Assembly (NCBI GenBank): GCA_002633005.1
Contig: NMRA01000720.1
Coordinates: 1-64,000 of the forward strand
DNA: 64,000 bases
Direction: 5' to 3'
From: Phoronis australis
Taxonomy: Eukaryota > Animalia > Phoronida
Positions within the stretch are counted from its first letter, which is position 1. The number at the start of each line of letters is the position of its first letter. The position numbers and the translations under genes were made by a program. The notes under the pieces are model-generated. The model worked only from the letters and a program-made list of their open reading frames with translations. It did not search any database and was not told where the DNA came from. Of this stretch, positions 13,200 through 26,158 are shown piece by piece.

Positions 13200-14930
13200 T
13201 TCCTGTGTGACAGGGTTCTCAGCGACCTTTTCTGTACATTATACATGTAGGTGTTCCGATAGATCGGGCTGTCGTGGTAGGCCGAGTCTTCTGCCTGATT
13301 TTGCGTTTAAGTCGGATCAGCATCAGACTGTTTTCTGAGCACCGCCATGTGAATGGGCGTATCTTCACAGTGATACATTTTTTCCAATATGCCTTGTTAA
13401 TAGCATTGGTCACCGCCTGGGTGGCATGATTAATATTGACTGTTGTACCCAGTGGGCTCTCCGTAGATTTTAGGTTAATCTCCAAACCCCGCACAAGCCG
13501 TCCTCTGGCGTGGTCTAGTTTGAGGTGGACCGATACGTGGTCATGAGGTCGCCCGGACCACGAATTTATCCACAGTGCTGATGGGGTGATGACTTCATGG
13601 TACTGGTTCTGGCGGCGTGCACCAGTCCATTGCATGTATGGGAACTTACCAGAGTCGTTTACACATATAAGACCAGAGTCTTCCACGGCAATTCAGATCT
13701 GACTTGAAGTTAGCGTTAACGGAGTCAACGATCATCTGACTGACTTCTTCTTAGCCAAAGTCTAACCCTAGTTTGGTGATCAAGATTCCCACTGCCAGCT
13801 CGGTGAGTGTCGTAGCCAGTCGTTCGACCTGATGGTCGATTGATGGGCCCTTTGCTAACTGAGCGTACGCAACAGCTGCTTTGTTTTAGTTGCTGTTTTG
13901 TAGGATGCGCCATAGTGACTACATGTAAATGATCTGTGGTTGGCTGGGTGTCGACCACTGCAGTTAGCACAGGTCGGTTCTTTTTCTAGTTTTCCAGGTT
14001 GCCGCAGCTTGTGGATTTTTGTGGTTGTACTACTTCGGACTTGCAGTCCGAACTGAAGTGACTACAATACTCTGGGCACTTGAAACATTGCAACGCTGCT
14101 TCCGTCTTAAATGGCTCAGACTTGTGCCTAATTAGTCCAATGGAGGCACCGCCTTTGATCACTTTGTTGTAAGTCTCTCTGTCAAGGCAGGTGATTTTCA
14201 CTTTTGGGTCGGCCGGCCAGCTCCTCTTATATCAGCCATTTGGTTGTAAAGCCGTTGTCGAGGGTTTTTGCAAAGTCTGTGGTTGTTCATGCAGGCGATA
14301 TATTTAGAACGAGGGCACGCGTGCCACTATCTCTGTCTACGTGGCTGCGCAATTTGCAGCCCTCAAATCGTTTGAGCGCTTTTAACTTTGCCAAGATGGA
14401 CTTCCAGTCATTGGTGAAGACCAATAAGTGACCCTGCTTACTGAAAGTCACCCATTTTACTTTGTGCTCTCAGAGGGCTTTTTGCATAGCTATAGTGTCC
14501 CTGCAGAGGGACGCCGGTGCGGATTGGGTTCGCCACCCAAGTGGCTACTCCTCTTTTCTATTTCTTTGAAGTTACTGGGGTTCATTCCATTGATGGGACC
14601 CCCTTTTGGTTGGGGGTCTTTTTAGGCTCCTCTATGTCTCTGATTCTGGCTGCATAACAGTCATCTATCGCCCTGTAGGAATCGTCTAGTCCCTGAGTCT
14701 GGGTACTGGGTTATCGTTTCTTTGAAGCTGACTGTGGGAGCGCAGATGGGCTTTGCTTGCCCACCTGCGAGGGCGCAGAAGGCTTGCGCTTCTCTTTATT
14801 GTGCCCCATCGGGACACAGGGTCTCTGAGGGGCCTGGCTGTCACTGGCTTCTTCGTGGCCGAAATAGTGGTTCTTATCGAACTAATTAGTTTTGGACTGG
14901 TATCAATCACGAATCCAATGACGGGCGAAT
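13200..14930 (-). mobile_element. Decayed LINE (Jockey/I-like) with a gag-like zinc knuckle and endonuclease/RT-proximal fragments
   Basis: LQCFKC...H.SSDC knuckle, DSGLICVND and DHVSVHLKL endonuclease-end motifs, and LIRLKRKIRQK. Multiple frameshifts. Confidence 0.6.
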
Positions 14931-15198
14931 CCGTTAAATATTGGATCAGCCAAAGAAACTACTTCTAAGTTAATGGAGAGCTCAAATTCGATTGGCTGAT
15001 GGCAATGAGAAATGCACCAAAATTGACCAATGGTGGTCGTCTGAGTGAGAAATGCAAAGAAATGTTATCAATCACAGTTATCAAAATCATTAATTTCCAT
15101 TCAAAAGTTTGCTGACATTTCTGACGTAGAAAATAAATCTGAAACTAAGTAAGGCGATCCAGATCCTCCCAAGGATACTATTGTTTCACGAAGTGTAG

Positions 15199-17653
15199 AA
15201 TATAAATAGGTAAATAAAACAACGAGAATGGACCAACTGAAATTTTCGGATGTAATAACATCCTTTGTCAACGGAAACAGAACTAAAGTAAACTCAAACA
15301 CTATGTGACAATAGACATTTAAGATATGGTCTATTGAAAATGATACGTTTTTGCGTAAAAAATTCAATGACATATTTTAAGAAGTTTTTATGTTCAATCC
15401 ATACGGTTCTATTGTATTGAGCTTGTCCATCCAATATTGTTCTCTTTTGAGTCTGTGAGGGGTACTGAGGTGTTGGAGTTTTTCTATTATTTGTACAGAA
15501 AGATCTTGAATATTATGGTTTTTGGAATTGAAATGATTACCTATAGTATCAGAAATGTTTTTGTGTATTATGTTAAATCTATGATTACGAAACCGAGTTT
15601 ACAAGTTATAAGGTAAATAATATTGTTGGAGGTGCAATCAGAATAATGTTTTATTTCAAAGTTTTCATTGGTTTGGGAAGACTGGAAAAAAGTGCTATCG
15701 TTGTTACACATTTTACACCTAGTTTTATTACATTGGGTGTTGCTAATAGGTTTGTCAGTTTGGTGTATATTGTCGATATTAGCTTTAACTAAATATTTTT
15801 TGGATTTTTACATTTTCTCCATGAAATTATAGGTGGATGAGGAAATAGGTATTTCATTTGAGGGGAAATATGCAGCGTGGAAAGATGTTTTCGAAAGACG
15901 TGGCTAATTCCGTTTAAACATGGATTGAACATACATGTAGTTATGAATGGTATTCTATGAGTAGTATTGCCTTTAGTTTTAGTTCTTAAAGATTCATTTC
16001 GTGTGATTGAACGGATTTTGTCAAACTGTTTGTGTATAAGATGTAAGGGGAAATGACGCTGAAGAAGATAGTACTTGAGTTCTTTTAAACGGTTATTAAA
16101 GGAAGTTTCTCCTGAACAAATGCGTCAAATTCTTAGGGCAAGGCTATATGGAAGGCTTTTCTTGCAATGAAAGGGATGACACGAGTGATATGACAGATAT
16201 TGGTGTTTGTCAGTTTCTTTTCAGAATAAGTCAGTTTCTAATATATCATTATTAAGGGTGACAGTTACATCTAAAAATGAGACTTTATTTTGAGAAATGT
16301 CACGAGTGAACTTTATGGTAGGGTGAAATTTGTTAATATTTTCTAAAAACACATCCATCTATTTTTGTGGGCCATGGGTCCAGATCATAAAAATGTCATC
16401 AATGTATCTTAGCCAGAGAAGGAGTTTTTCAGAACAGGATTTGATGAAGCTGTTTTCAAGATTTCCCATAAAAAGGTTAGCAAAAGTAAGAGCAACCCTA
16501 GTTCCCATAGCTGTACCTAATATTTGGAGATAGGGATTATTCTTAAAGGAAAAATGATTCATGGTAAGTACATGTTCAAGAAGAGAGCGAATAAAAGCTG
16601 TAGGTACATTAGGATTATTTCGTTGACTAAGAAACTTGGTACAGGCTTCTATGCCTTCATGTTGAGGAATATTAGTGTATAAGCTTTTAACATCTAGAAG
16701 TACAAGAAGGGCATTTTTAGGTAAATCACTGATGTTTTTAGTTATATTTAGAAAAGGATTCGTATCTTTAACATATGAAGAAAGGGTGGGGATAAATTGC
16801 TGAAGATGGTAGTCGGAAAACCGAGAATTTTTTTTCTGCAGCGGAGTTCTTGCTGGCGATAATTGGGCGTCCAGGATTACCTTCTTTGTGGATTTTTGGA
16901 ATAAGATAAAAGCGACTAGGTTGAGCATCATTAGGAATGAGGTAGTTTTTGGTGTCTTTGTCAATGTGACCTAAATGGAAAGCATTCAAAATAGTTTTGG
17001 TTATAAGGCTGATATGTTTTGTGTTGGGGTTATTATCTAAAAGTTTGTAGTTTGCTGTGTCATTAAGTTTTCGGAGAGCCTCTTCAATATATTTCTGCTT
17101 GTACATTATAACAACTGCTGACCCTTTATCAACTGGTTTAAATATGCTTTCTTTTTTAGCGAGATTTGTAAGGGCATCTTTTTCGGACTTAGTAATATTA
17201 TATTTGTAGTTTTGCTTTTTGTAATTCATAACGTCATTAGTAATCGCTTCAATGTAACGTTCGAGGGCATGGTTTTGACTTTTAGGTGGATTCCAATTGC
17301 TTTTTTTCTTGAAAGGATTAATTTCTAAAGGGGAGTTCCCGTTTTCATCTTTGGAAGAATTGGCAAAATATGGTGCCAATCTAAGACGTCTAGCAAAAGG
17401 GTAAATATAAATTAGTAATTCATCTTTGTCAATATTGGTTTTGGTAGGACAGAAGTTTTGTCCTTTAGAAAGTAGGCTAACCTCACTATCAGTTAAGTTA
17501 TGGTTAGATAAATTAACTACGTTGTTTGTTTCGCAGGTTAAAGTTATATAGTGTTTCATTTTACTTTATTTCTGTTTCTGTTGACAAAGAACGTTATTAC
17601 ATCCGAAAATTTCAGTTGATCCATTTTTGTTGTTTTATTTACCTATTTATATT
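15199..17653 (-). mobile_element. Penelope-like retroelement (RT plus GIY-YIG), frameshifted, with inverted pseudo-LTR at its 5' end
   Basis: VVNLS..LT..E.SLLSKG.NF, DKGSAVV, PKIHKEGNPGRPII, LDVKSLYTNI, GTAMG and RYIDD motifs. 17553-17653 is an inverted copy of the 3' end at about 15199-15300. Confidence 0.92.
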
Positions 17654-19022
17654 TGACATTTCTAACACTGTTTCTTGTGCGCGGCCAGCGTACGTACGTC
17701 GCGATTCGAACGGAATATTGAAATCTGCGCTAAGAAAGTACTTTTTGGGCAGTTTCTGAAATGACTGAAGGTCTTTCTACTTGAGCGACCAGCCAGCCCT
17801 TATTAGTGGACGTCGTTTCAAGGAATTTTCCAAGTTTTTGCCATTTTATTAAATTCAGGCCGTCCTATCGAACCCGCAACCAAAATAAAATTCTACCATC
17901 CTAAAGACGGTCGCTGCATCAACTCCTGCACCCTCATAAAGGGTTGTATGATACATGAACGTGATAATAATCCACACACAAGTGTGTCTCACAAAGCCTG
18001 CTATTGATTTAAGTATATTCGTCGCGCTTGGTCATTGTTCATTATGAAAGTAGCTGGCTAGCTGCTTTAGGCTCGCCGTGTCCTCAGACGCTTGAGCGCT
18101 GGTTGGAGCCCAAAAGTCGAAAACGCTATGAAACTGGGCGTCAAAAATCGAGTTTTGGCGTCCTCCTAAAAGTGTCCCATTCCCACAATGGGCCTCCAGT
18201 TGTACGCCTTGAATGCTCGATCGCTAGTTGAAGCCATGGTGCACCGAATCCAGACTTAGTATTTGGTTGATGTCCTTTTCAGTTCACTATTTGCTATCAC
18301 ACAATTTTGCCTCAAGTTGTCCAGTTACGAAATCGAACTAAAATAATGTCCAGAATTGACTTTTTGATTTTTTCATGATTTTCTAATATTGTCGTAATTT
18401 AATACCACTGTTTATCAAAACATTGTCTGCTGGTAACCGTGATTCAAGTTTGGACATGGAACACGTTTATCATGATGCTGCTTAGGAGGGATGAAAAATG
18501 AAATCAAGAAAAGAATTCACCCTCATCTGCCGACATTGGGCAATTTGATCGATTTGTGTACCACGAAATCTGCTGAACAAAGGACACCATACAGTTGTTG
18601 GTAATTAAATGGCCTCTGGACGCCACAGACTACTGATGGTAACGTTCTCACTCTTCATATGTTAGTCCGTCAATTGGTCCATCACAAACACCACTCTTCA
18701 TAAGTTGGTTCATGGTTGAATTGTTCGTGAAATAGTTGAAACGGGCAGATTTTTTTCTTTTGACTAAATTGAATAAGAATACGACTTTTATAACATAAAA
18801 CATTTGAATACTGTTGCCTGAGTATTCTGCATTATCTCTACCGTTTGTGGAACATCCCAGTAATTGGTCCATTTGTTTTCAAACGACCAGGGACCAGTTG
18901 GAGTTTGAGGTAAGTCACGTGTCATCGTACTATTCTTTGGCATGTGAAATTGGACTTGTCTGTTGTATCATAAATTGGATTCATATTTAAGGTTTTGATG
19001 AGGAACTTTCTACAACTTTCAG

Positions 19023-19271
19023 CTGGTTCCTTTATCGTCTGGAAATTTAAACCTAAAAATAAGGGTAGTCAAGTAACCCTCGCGCGTGGACCTGAGATTC
19101 TGAGCTCAACGAAGACTACGTTGAAGGGTCAAGCTCGGCTGGATGGAGACTTCAAGTACACGTCCAACCTAACGCTCATCGACGTCAAGTGGACAATTCA
19201 TGACGGAGAATATGAGTGTTCTAGATTGAACGGTAGCACCCCCCCTCGTTCGACTGAAGTGAAAGTGATAG
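19023..19271 (+). CDS. Ig gene exon 3: second half of Ig1 (V-set-like; IVWKF...SNLTLIDVKWTIHDGEYECS...VKVI)
   Basis: Acceptor ctttcag, donor G|GTGAGC, phase 1-1. Has the C-strand Trp and the D-G-x-Y-x-C motif. Confidence 0.92.
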
Positions 19272-20494
19272 GTGAGCCGAAGTAGTAAGCTTTATTTGAT
19301 CAGGCTGGTGAATTATGGACGCCTCGAGCAGATCTCATAAAACAACAGCCCTGCCTTTAAACAATCGTACAAGCAATGAAATTCCAAAAATTGACTTGGC
19401 AAATGTATTTGTTGTGTCCGATCGCCCATTGGCCTGTATGTGTTTTACACTAATTTGCCCCTGTGCTCGACCGGACAATTGCTCAGTGGTTTAAGTTGCG
19501 ACACACAGGATTACTCTTATTTCTAAGTATACACTATAGCTATAGGCGTGGGGTTTTGTTGACAAAATTGCTATTACTTAACCAATTTTGAACATTCAAG
19601 AACTCAGAGTCTAACTAACTCTTCCGTTCCGTTTCCATCGGTTCCCCCGCATATCAAGACGCAAGGTCGTTACCTTTAATCCATTAACCACTACATGTAC
19701 ATGTAGCTTATTGGTACTCCGATGTTGAACGATTGAAAAACATGGCACATGTATGTCGTTTCTTTCTAGCTGAAAAAGTAGTAACGTTTAATTTGAACGA
19801 AAATTATTGGTTGATGCATTTTGAAAATTTGCCAGTATGTACAGGCAGAAATGTTTACTGCAGCTTATGGCCATGTAATTACACTAAATTCGTTCTTGTT
19901 TGCACTGGACAATGCAGTCATGGATGGAAAGTGAAAGCAGAAAAAAATCCAGGACACAAATCTTCTATTCAGGATTAAATTCTCACTACCACTGCGTCGG
20001 ACTCTGACGCTGCACTCTCTTGAGATTTAGGTAAAAGCCGCTCTGAAGAAGGTTGAAGGAGCTACGGTACATAATATTCCTGCATATCTTTAGAAATGCG
20101 TGTAATCCTTGTATGCGAATTACGCACACAAGCCATGCAAATAGTGTTATCCTTGTATGCACATTACTCACACAAGGCATGTAAGCAGCGTTATCCGGGT
20201 ATGCAAATTGTTCACACAAGGCATGCAAATACGTTCAATTGCAAACATCGTTTTCTGGCCTAGCGTTTTATTGCAGTGCATCGGGAGGAGGGAGGGGAGA
20301 GAGAGAGAGAGAGAGAGAGGGTGAGAGGGGGGTGGGGGGAGGAGGGAGGGGAGAGAGAGAGAGAGAGAGGTGGAGAAGCAATAAGGTTTATTATTCATAT
20401 AAAAATTTGCAAAATATTCATATACAAGGGTTATGTTGTGAATATTTTTAGCAACTTCATCAATTCGCAATTCTGATTTTGGCAACCCCGAAAC

Positions 20495-21233
20495 AGATAA
20501 TCTATATGTATTTAGTGGTAAACTATATGTATTGAGTTATAATCTATATGTATTGAGTGATAATCTATATGTATTGAGTGATAATCTATATGTAGTGAGT
20601 GATAATCTATATGTAATGAGTGATAATCTATATGTATTGAGTGATAATCTATATGTATTGAGTGATAATCTATATGTATTGAGTGATAATCTATATGTAT
20701 TGAGTGATAATCTATATGTAATGAGTGATAATCTATATGTAATGAGTGATAATCTATTTGTATTGAGTGATAGTCTATATGTATTGAGTGATAGTCTATA
20801 TGTATTGAGTGATAGTCTATATGTATTGAGTGATAGTCTATATGTATTGAGTGATAGTCTATATGTAATGAGTGATAGTCTATATGTATTGAGTGATAGT
20901 CTATATGTAATGAGTGATAATCTATATGTATTTAGTGGTAAACTATATGTATTGAGTTATAATCTATATGTATTGAGTGATAGTCTATATGTATTGAGTG
21001 ATAGTGTATATGTAATGAGTGATAATCTATATGTATTTAGTGGTAAACTATATGTATTGAGTTATAATCTATATGTATTGAGTGATAATCTATATGTATT
21101 GAGTGATAATCTATATGTAATGAGTGATAATCTATATGTATTGAGTGATAATCTATATGTATTGAGTGATAATCTATATGTATTGAGTGAAAATCTACAT
21201 GTAATGAGTGATAATCTATATGTATTGAGTGAT
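20495..21233. repeat. 21-bp minisatellite (gataatctatatgtattgagt), about 35 copies
   Basis: Direct inspection of the tandem units. Confidence 0.95.
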
Positions 21234-21477
21234 ATGTGTGGGCTTCTTTTAACATGCCTTACCATATGAATTAATTTTATTCCGTATCGTTTTAGCCAAA
21301 ATGTCCCATCGAAAAAGGCACCGACTTTCGAGGTTCAGATTTAAATCAATTAAAAAGTGTCAATTGCTTCACGAAGGCTTGACTCCTTCAATTGTGCCAT
21401 ATTTTTTTCATTAATTCGTTCGACTTAGGAGTCATTTAATGTCATCTGTTTTTGAAAAGATCCCATTGGATTTTCAG

Positions 21478-21596
21478 TTCTCCCACACAGCATCAAAGTT
21501 ATTCCACCTCAAGTCAGTTTGCAGCCAGGGGACAGACTAGAGTTGAGATGTTCTGCGTCGGGCCATCCCTCACCCACCTTCACATGGACTCGTCAG
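21478..21596 (+). CDS. Ig gene exon 4: first half of Ig2 (LPHSIKVIPPQVSLQPGDRLELRCSASGHPSPTFTWTRQ)
   Basis: Acceptor ttttcag, donor CAG|GTAA, phase 1-0. Has the C-x-A-x-G-x-P-x-P-x-x-x-W I-set motif. Confidence 0.93.
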
Positions 21597-24030
21597 GTAA
21601 TATGGAAGTCGTGACATAGTCTGTTTCGGTTTTGCTATACATTGTAACGTGTTTAATGTTACGCGTCTGTTATGTGCCTAAGTATATGGTGCCGAAAGCA
21701 GGTGAGGAGCGAAACCCAAGGTTACCCTATCTTCATTGCCAATATGTCTTCTTCTTTTGCGTGGCCTCAGGAAGGTGCGCTTAAAATTTGCTGTAATTTT
21801 CCACTTGACTGGTTCAAGTAGGTTTGGCTTGTGGTTTTGAGCTACTCGGGGACAATAAAGGATAATTTCCACCTCGTCAGCCTGAAGAGTGCGCTGAGTG
21901 ACTTTGCCTGTCATGGCTTTTGTCAGTTAGTCAGTCTCATTAAACTTTATCTAGTCTGAATTCAAATTTTATAATTTTTTGCTGGAGAGTGACATCTAAA
22001 TCTTGGTGAACCGCAAATGTGCTCTTCTGATACAAAATAACTGACAATTGAGTTCAAAATAACAGTAAATGTAAAACATAATTTCGAAGTTAAAGGAGAA
22101 TGCCACCAGATATAATTAGTCTTTTTACCGTCTTAATCGGTCTATATCCACATCACCTTGTATACGGTTGATCTTACCTAGCTGAGAGGTGTCGCATTCA
22201 TGTAAGGAAGGTGAGAAATGACACATCGACGTCAGTGGTTCTTCTGCACAGCGAGTGCCGCTATGGCCTGGTGTATCGTTCCCGCTTGTGCGAACTGTGA
22301 AGCTGAGAGGAAAGCGGGTATATCGTTTCCTGATTTCGTCGAGACCCCATAATGTTTTGTAAGTGGCTCGCGGTAGTGAAGAATGAAAAGTACGTCGTTA
22401 ATACCAAGAATGAGGGAGTGAAACTTTTCCGTGTCCGTCAGTGGCCTGCATTTCGTCGGATAGGTAGTTGGGATCACTTTTTGATTATGGAGAACTGAAG
22501 TTGGCCATGAAAACGTATTAAACAATTACAATTAATTCAAGACGTGAGAACATACGTGTCACGTTTTGTGTATAATGTTTGATGACTGACTCGTTCGTGA
22601 GGCTTCTGTCAGCTCCTCTGGGTGGAGGGTGTATTCGCCAGTTCTTTTTCTCATCCCTAAAAAACGTCGTAAGCACACCATCGTCTGTTTAGATGCAGTG
22701 CAAAATCAAGATGGTCCGTGAGACACATCTGGGCTTCTCCAAGAAGGCATATCACTTGGGGAATTTCGTGGCAGCAAACGCAAGCGTCAGTCGTTTCCAT
22801 TATTATGCAGTTGGCTCACTGACACCATGACAAGTCATTCAAACGGTTCCGTTGTCTGTGCACGTTCACGGAGCCTCTCTATTATTTCTTGATCAGTGTA
22901 TTCCGGTTCGAACTGATAGCCTGTGAAACCTAACTATTGACCTGTGAAGTCTTCGTCGGATGAGCACTCGTCTAAGTCGGGATTGCTAATTCAGTGTTTG
23001 CTGAGAGAAAGCTGTTGTGAAACAATAACTCGATTTTTATGCTATTGGTCACATGTTAGGGGAATCTTTGTTTAGATGTCAAATATATTATTCAAATCAT
23101 TGTTACCGTAGAACTTTTGCCCTGATGCATGGTTCTGTGGAAGGGGAACCTGAGTTCGTGGCACCGGACAAGTATGTAGATTTTCAATTTCTTGGCTAAT
23201 TCACCAAAATATTTACGGGCACATCATTTTTTGGCTCACTATTATAGTCTTTCGTGACTGGAGGTTTAGTTTCCAACTTAAGCTTGTTTATATTCCAAAC
23301 CTGATCGTGACCATTGTTTTACAGATATGGAATTTTCTTCTCTTGCATGAACGCGAAAGATGAACACTTTTCTGTTTTCAAAATTCTAGGCTATGCTGTA
23401 TTAGCACCCTCTTTGCCGGAATTTGGTGCCACTGAAAAGCCTTTGCAAGGAAGCGCGAAAGGCCTCCTGCAGTTCTACCTCCCTCCCTCGGCTACAAGGC
23501 TGGTGATGCTTACGGCCTTAAGTACTGAACTATAAAGTGGCGCCCTCTGTTCACTTGACGTCCTTGTCTTCTTCGTTTAACGTTTAATGACTTGCCTGTT
23601 CTGTAGGTGACCTAATTATTTCAAACTTGAGTCTCCTGGGTTACTTGTTAACCTAATCACTTGCCAATTTACTTCATGGTAGTTCAATAGTAGGCACTTG
23701 TTTATCCGACAGTAGCTGTAAGGTGGTCTTGTCTGTCTGGAAAACCACCACTTCGCTGTTTAGCAAAAATTCATTTGACAGTGTTGTCTATTTTGAACAT
23801 AGGCCTATGCTCTGAATTGCAAATGAAAAATACGCAGCTCTAAATTTTGGCGAAGTCTTGTTCTGCCGGTTTACACCTCATTCAAACAGTGCCTGTTAGT
23901 AATTACTTGACATTTTTTGAGACACCAGTTGAACCAGGATTGTAAATGAAAACTGTTCCATGTCTATGCATTTTTTAAAAACTGTAGCTCCAAAATCCAG
24001 CAAAACATTGCCAAAAACGTGTTCCACTAG

Positions 24031-24439
24031 GTTTACGTTTCTATTCGGGGGGCCGCTTTACATTTCTATTCATGGGGCCGTTTTACATTTCTATTCAGGG
24101 GGCTGTTTTACATTTCTATTCAGGGCTGTTTTTACATTTCTATTCAGGGAGCCGTTTTACATTTCTTTTCAGGGCTGTTTTATATTTCTATTCAGGAGGC
24201 TGTTTTACATTTCTATTCAGGGAGCTGTTTTACATTTCTATTCAAGGGGCTGTTTTCCTTTTCTATTCAGGGCTGTTTTACATTTCTATTCAGGGCTGTT
24301 TTACATTTCTATTCAGGGCTGTTTTACATTTCTATTCAGGGGGCTGTTTTACATTTCTATTCAGGGGGCCGTTTTACATTTCTACTCAGGGGGCCGTTTT
24401 ACATTTCTATTCAGGAGGCTGTTTTACATTTCTATTCAG
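24031..24439. repeat. 23-25 bp minisatellite (about 17 units) built from the exon-5 splice acceptor
   Basis: Unit gg(g)ctgttttacatttctattcag; the last unit is the real acceptor at 24439. Confidence 0.93.
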
Positions 24440-24590
24440 AAGGGCGTGTTACCGAGTGGTCTGCCAATGCACATTGATCCAGTATTGTCTGTTGATAAAT
24501 TGGCCAAACACGATGGTGGAATGTACTACTGCACTGCTACGAACTATCATGGAAGAGGAGTAGTTGCAAGTGTCACAGTGGAAGTGTTGT
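24440..24590 (+). CDS. Ig gene exon 5: second half of Ig2 (KGVLPSG...HDGGMYYCTATNYHG...VTVEVL)
   Basis: Phase 0-1 with donor GTGAGT. Has the D-x-G-x-Y-x-C-x-A-x-N motif. LPSG after W-x-R is as recalled for Lachesin-like Ig2 domains. Confidence 0.93.
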
Positions 24591-24846
24591 GTGAGTAGCA
24601 GTTTGCAATCATGTCGCGTGAATTTTCTGTGAGAAATATTGCTGCCAGAAAAAACTACAAAACCCGGATGACTTCTGCACGTGACAATTCTGAGAGCTGT
24701 AAAGATACTTACGCGGAACGGATGTCCTGATCAGCATTGTCTTGTTTCTTAAGTGCGAGCGTTGTTTCACGTGTTTTCTTTCATTTTTCGTAGCTTTCAC
24801 TAATCTAGTGACTCGTTGCAGCTTCTTACGCTGTTCTTTGTTCTAG

Positions 24847-25006
24847 TCCCACCAGAGGTCACTACTCCCAAAACTTTGATATACTCCAAACCGCAGGACA
24901 GAGATGTGGAATTGACATGTGTGTTTGACGCCTACCCAAGCGTCGACGTGGAGTGGTTTGCTGATGGTGTCAATGTTTCGCAGTTTAGTAACATGGTTCC
25001 AAAGAG
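24847..25006 (+). CDS. Ig gene exon 6: first half of Ig3 (FPPEV...VELTCVFDAYPSVDVEWFADG...)
   Basis: Acceptor ttctag, donor AG|GTACGT, phase 1-2. Has C...A-Y-P...W. Confidence 0.92.
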
Positions 25007-25667
25007 GTACGTGTATACATGTACTGTTAAGTAGATGTGGAGTTGTCAGAGATGTCGCAGTTTTTGTAACGTTGCAGTATGGCAAAACAGTCACCTACAG
25101 AGGTCCGCCAGTAGTTAGTTAAAGTATGCTTCAACTTAATTAAAGCCTTGAGATGGATTGCTTGAGAAACCAGTCTGATGACAGAATGGTGGACAAATTG
25201 TCGACATAAAACTATTTCCAATTTATTTGTAAACAAGATGGATTTGTTCATGGTTGGAGATACAAGGTATGGTAAATTGAAGTTTTTCTGTTCATTTTCC
25301 TCTCCTCTCTGTGGCAGTCGGTTAAGTAAATTTTTGGCTGATATCACTCTGTCTGAATTATTGTCATTCAGTTATCATCGTGTTGATGTACTTAGCCAAG
25401 TTTATCGCACAGTTCTTTCAGCTTCGTAATTCTGTTTGAAATAATTCTTAGTATAGACATTCTTACTAGTAGCATTGAGTATAAATGACAATGTATTGAC
25501 CACTTACTTGGATGGGCAGCCATTATCTCAAGCCACCACTTGAGGGAGTTGGTCTAAGTTACGCCTTAGTTACGTTCAAAACAGTTGGGCTACTGAGACA
25601 CTGATAGAGAATCTTCATATCCATATGAACTTGTAATAAATAGCTGGACGCTCACAACTGTTTGCAG

Positions 25668-25807
25668 TGAGGATGACCAGACTGTCAGCACAAGGAAAAC
25701 GTTCATCCTTCTGATAGAACTCGTAAAGCATCGTGACTTAGAGAAGACTTATGTTTGTGTTGGCAAGAACAGTAATGGACAGGCTTCAGCTAATATCACT
25801 CTGAAAG
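25668..25807 (+). CDS. Ig gene exon 7: second half of Ig3 (...LLIELVKHRDLEKTYVCVGKNSNGQASANITLK)
   Basis: Acceptor tttgcag, donor G|GTTGGT, phase 2-1. Has the Y-x-C-x-x-x-N-x-x-G motif. Confidence 0.92.
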
Positions 25808-26158
25808 GTTGGTATAGGTGGTTGTCAGTGATGGTGCTCAGTGACAACATTTTCGTCTGCTACTGAATGTACGTGTGGGCTGCTAGCAAAGGTTCTTTTT
25901 GCAGCCTCGATTGAGTTTGATGTGAACGGTGTTTAGCAAATCATGCCTGTAATGTTTGATATTTAGGGCATGTGTTAAGCAAGCGGCATGAGAAGACCTG
26001 ATACCATAGATTAATTATTGCTGATATCAGCCTTCGACTGGCCACAATAACTGTCAAAGGTAATAGTAGCTGTCACAGCAATCCCCTCTCATTTGGTGGG
26101 GATCTTTTCAAGTTCATTGCCTTGACATTTAAATGCCTGTTTGTTTATACATACACAG

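Noticed and set aside
20532-21269. 245-aa (LYVLSDN)n ORF
   Set aside because: Translation of an intronic 21-bp minisatellite with no splice or protein support.
23960-24439. Hydrophobic N-terminal part of the 212-aa ORF
   Set aside because: Repeat-derived intron sequence; only 24440-24590 is exon.
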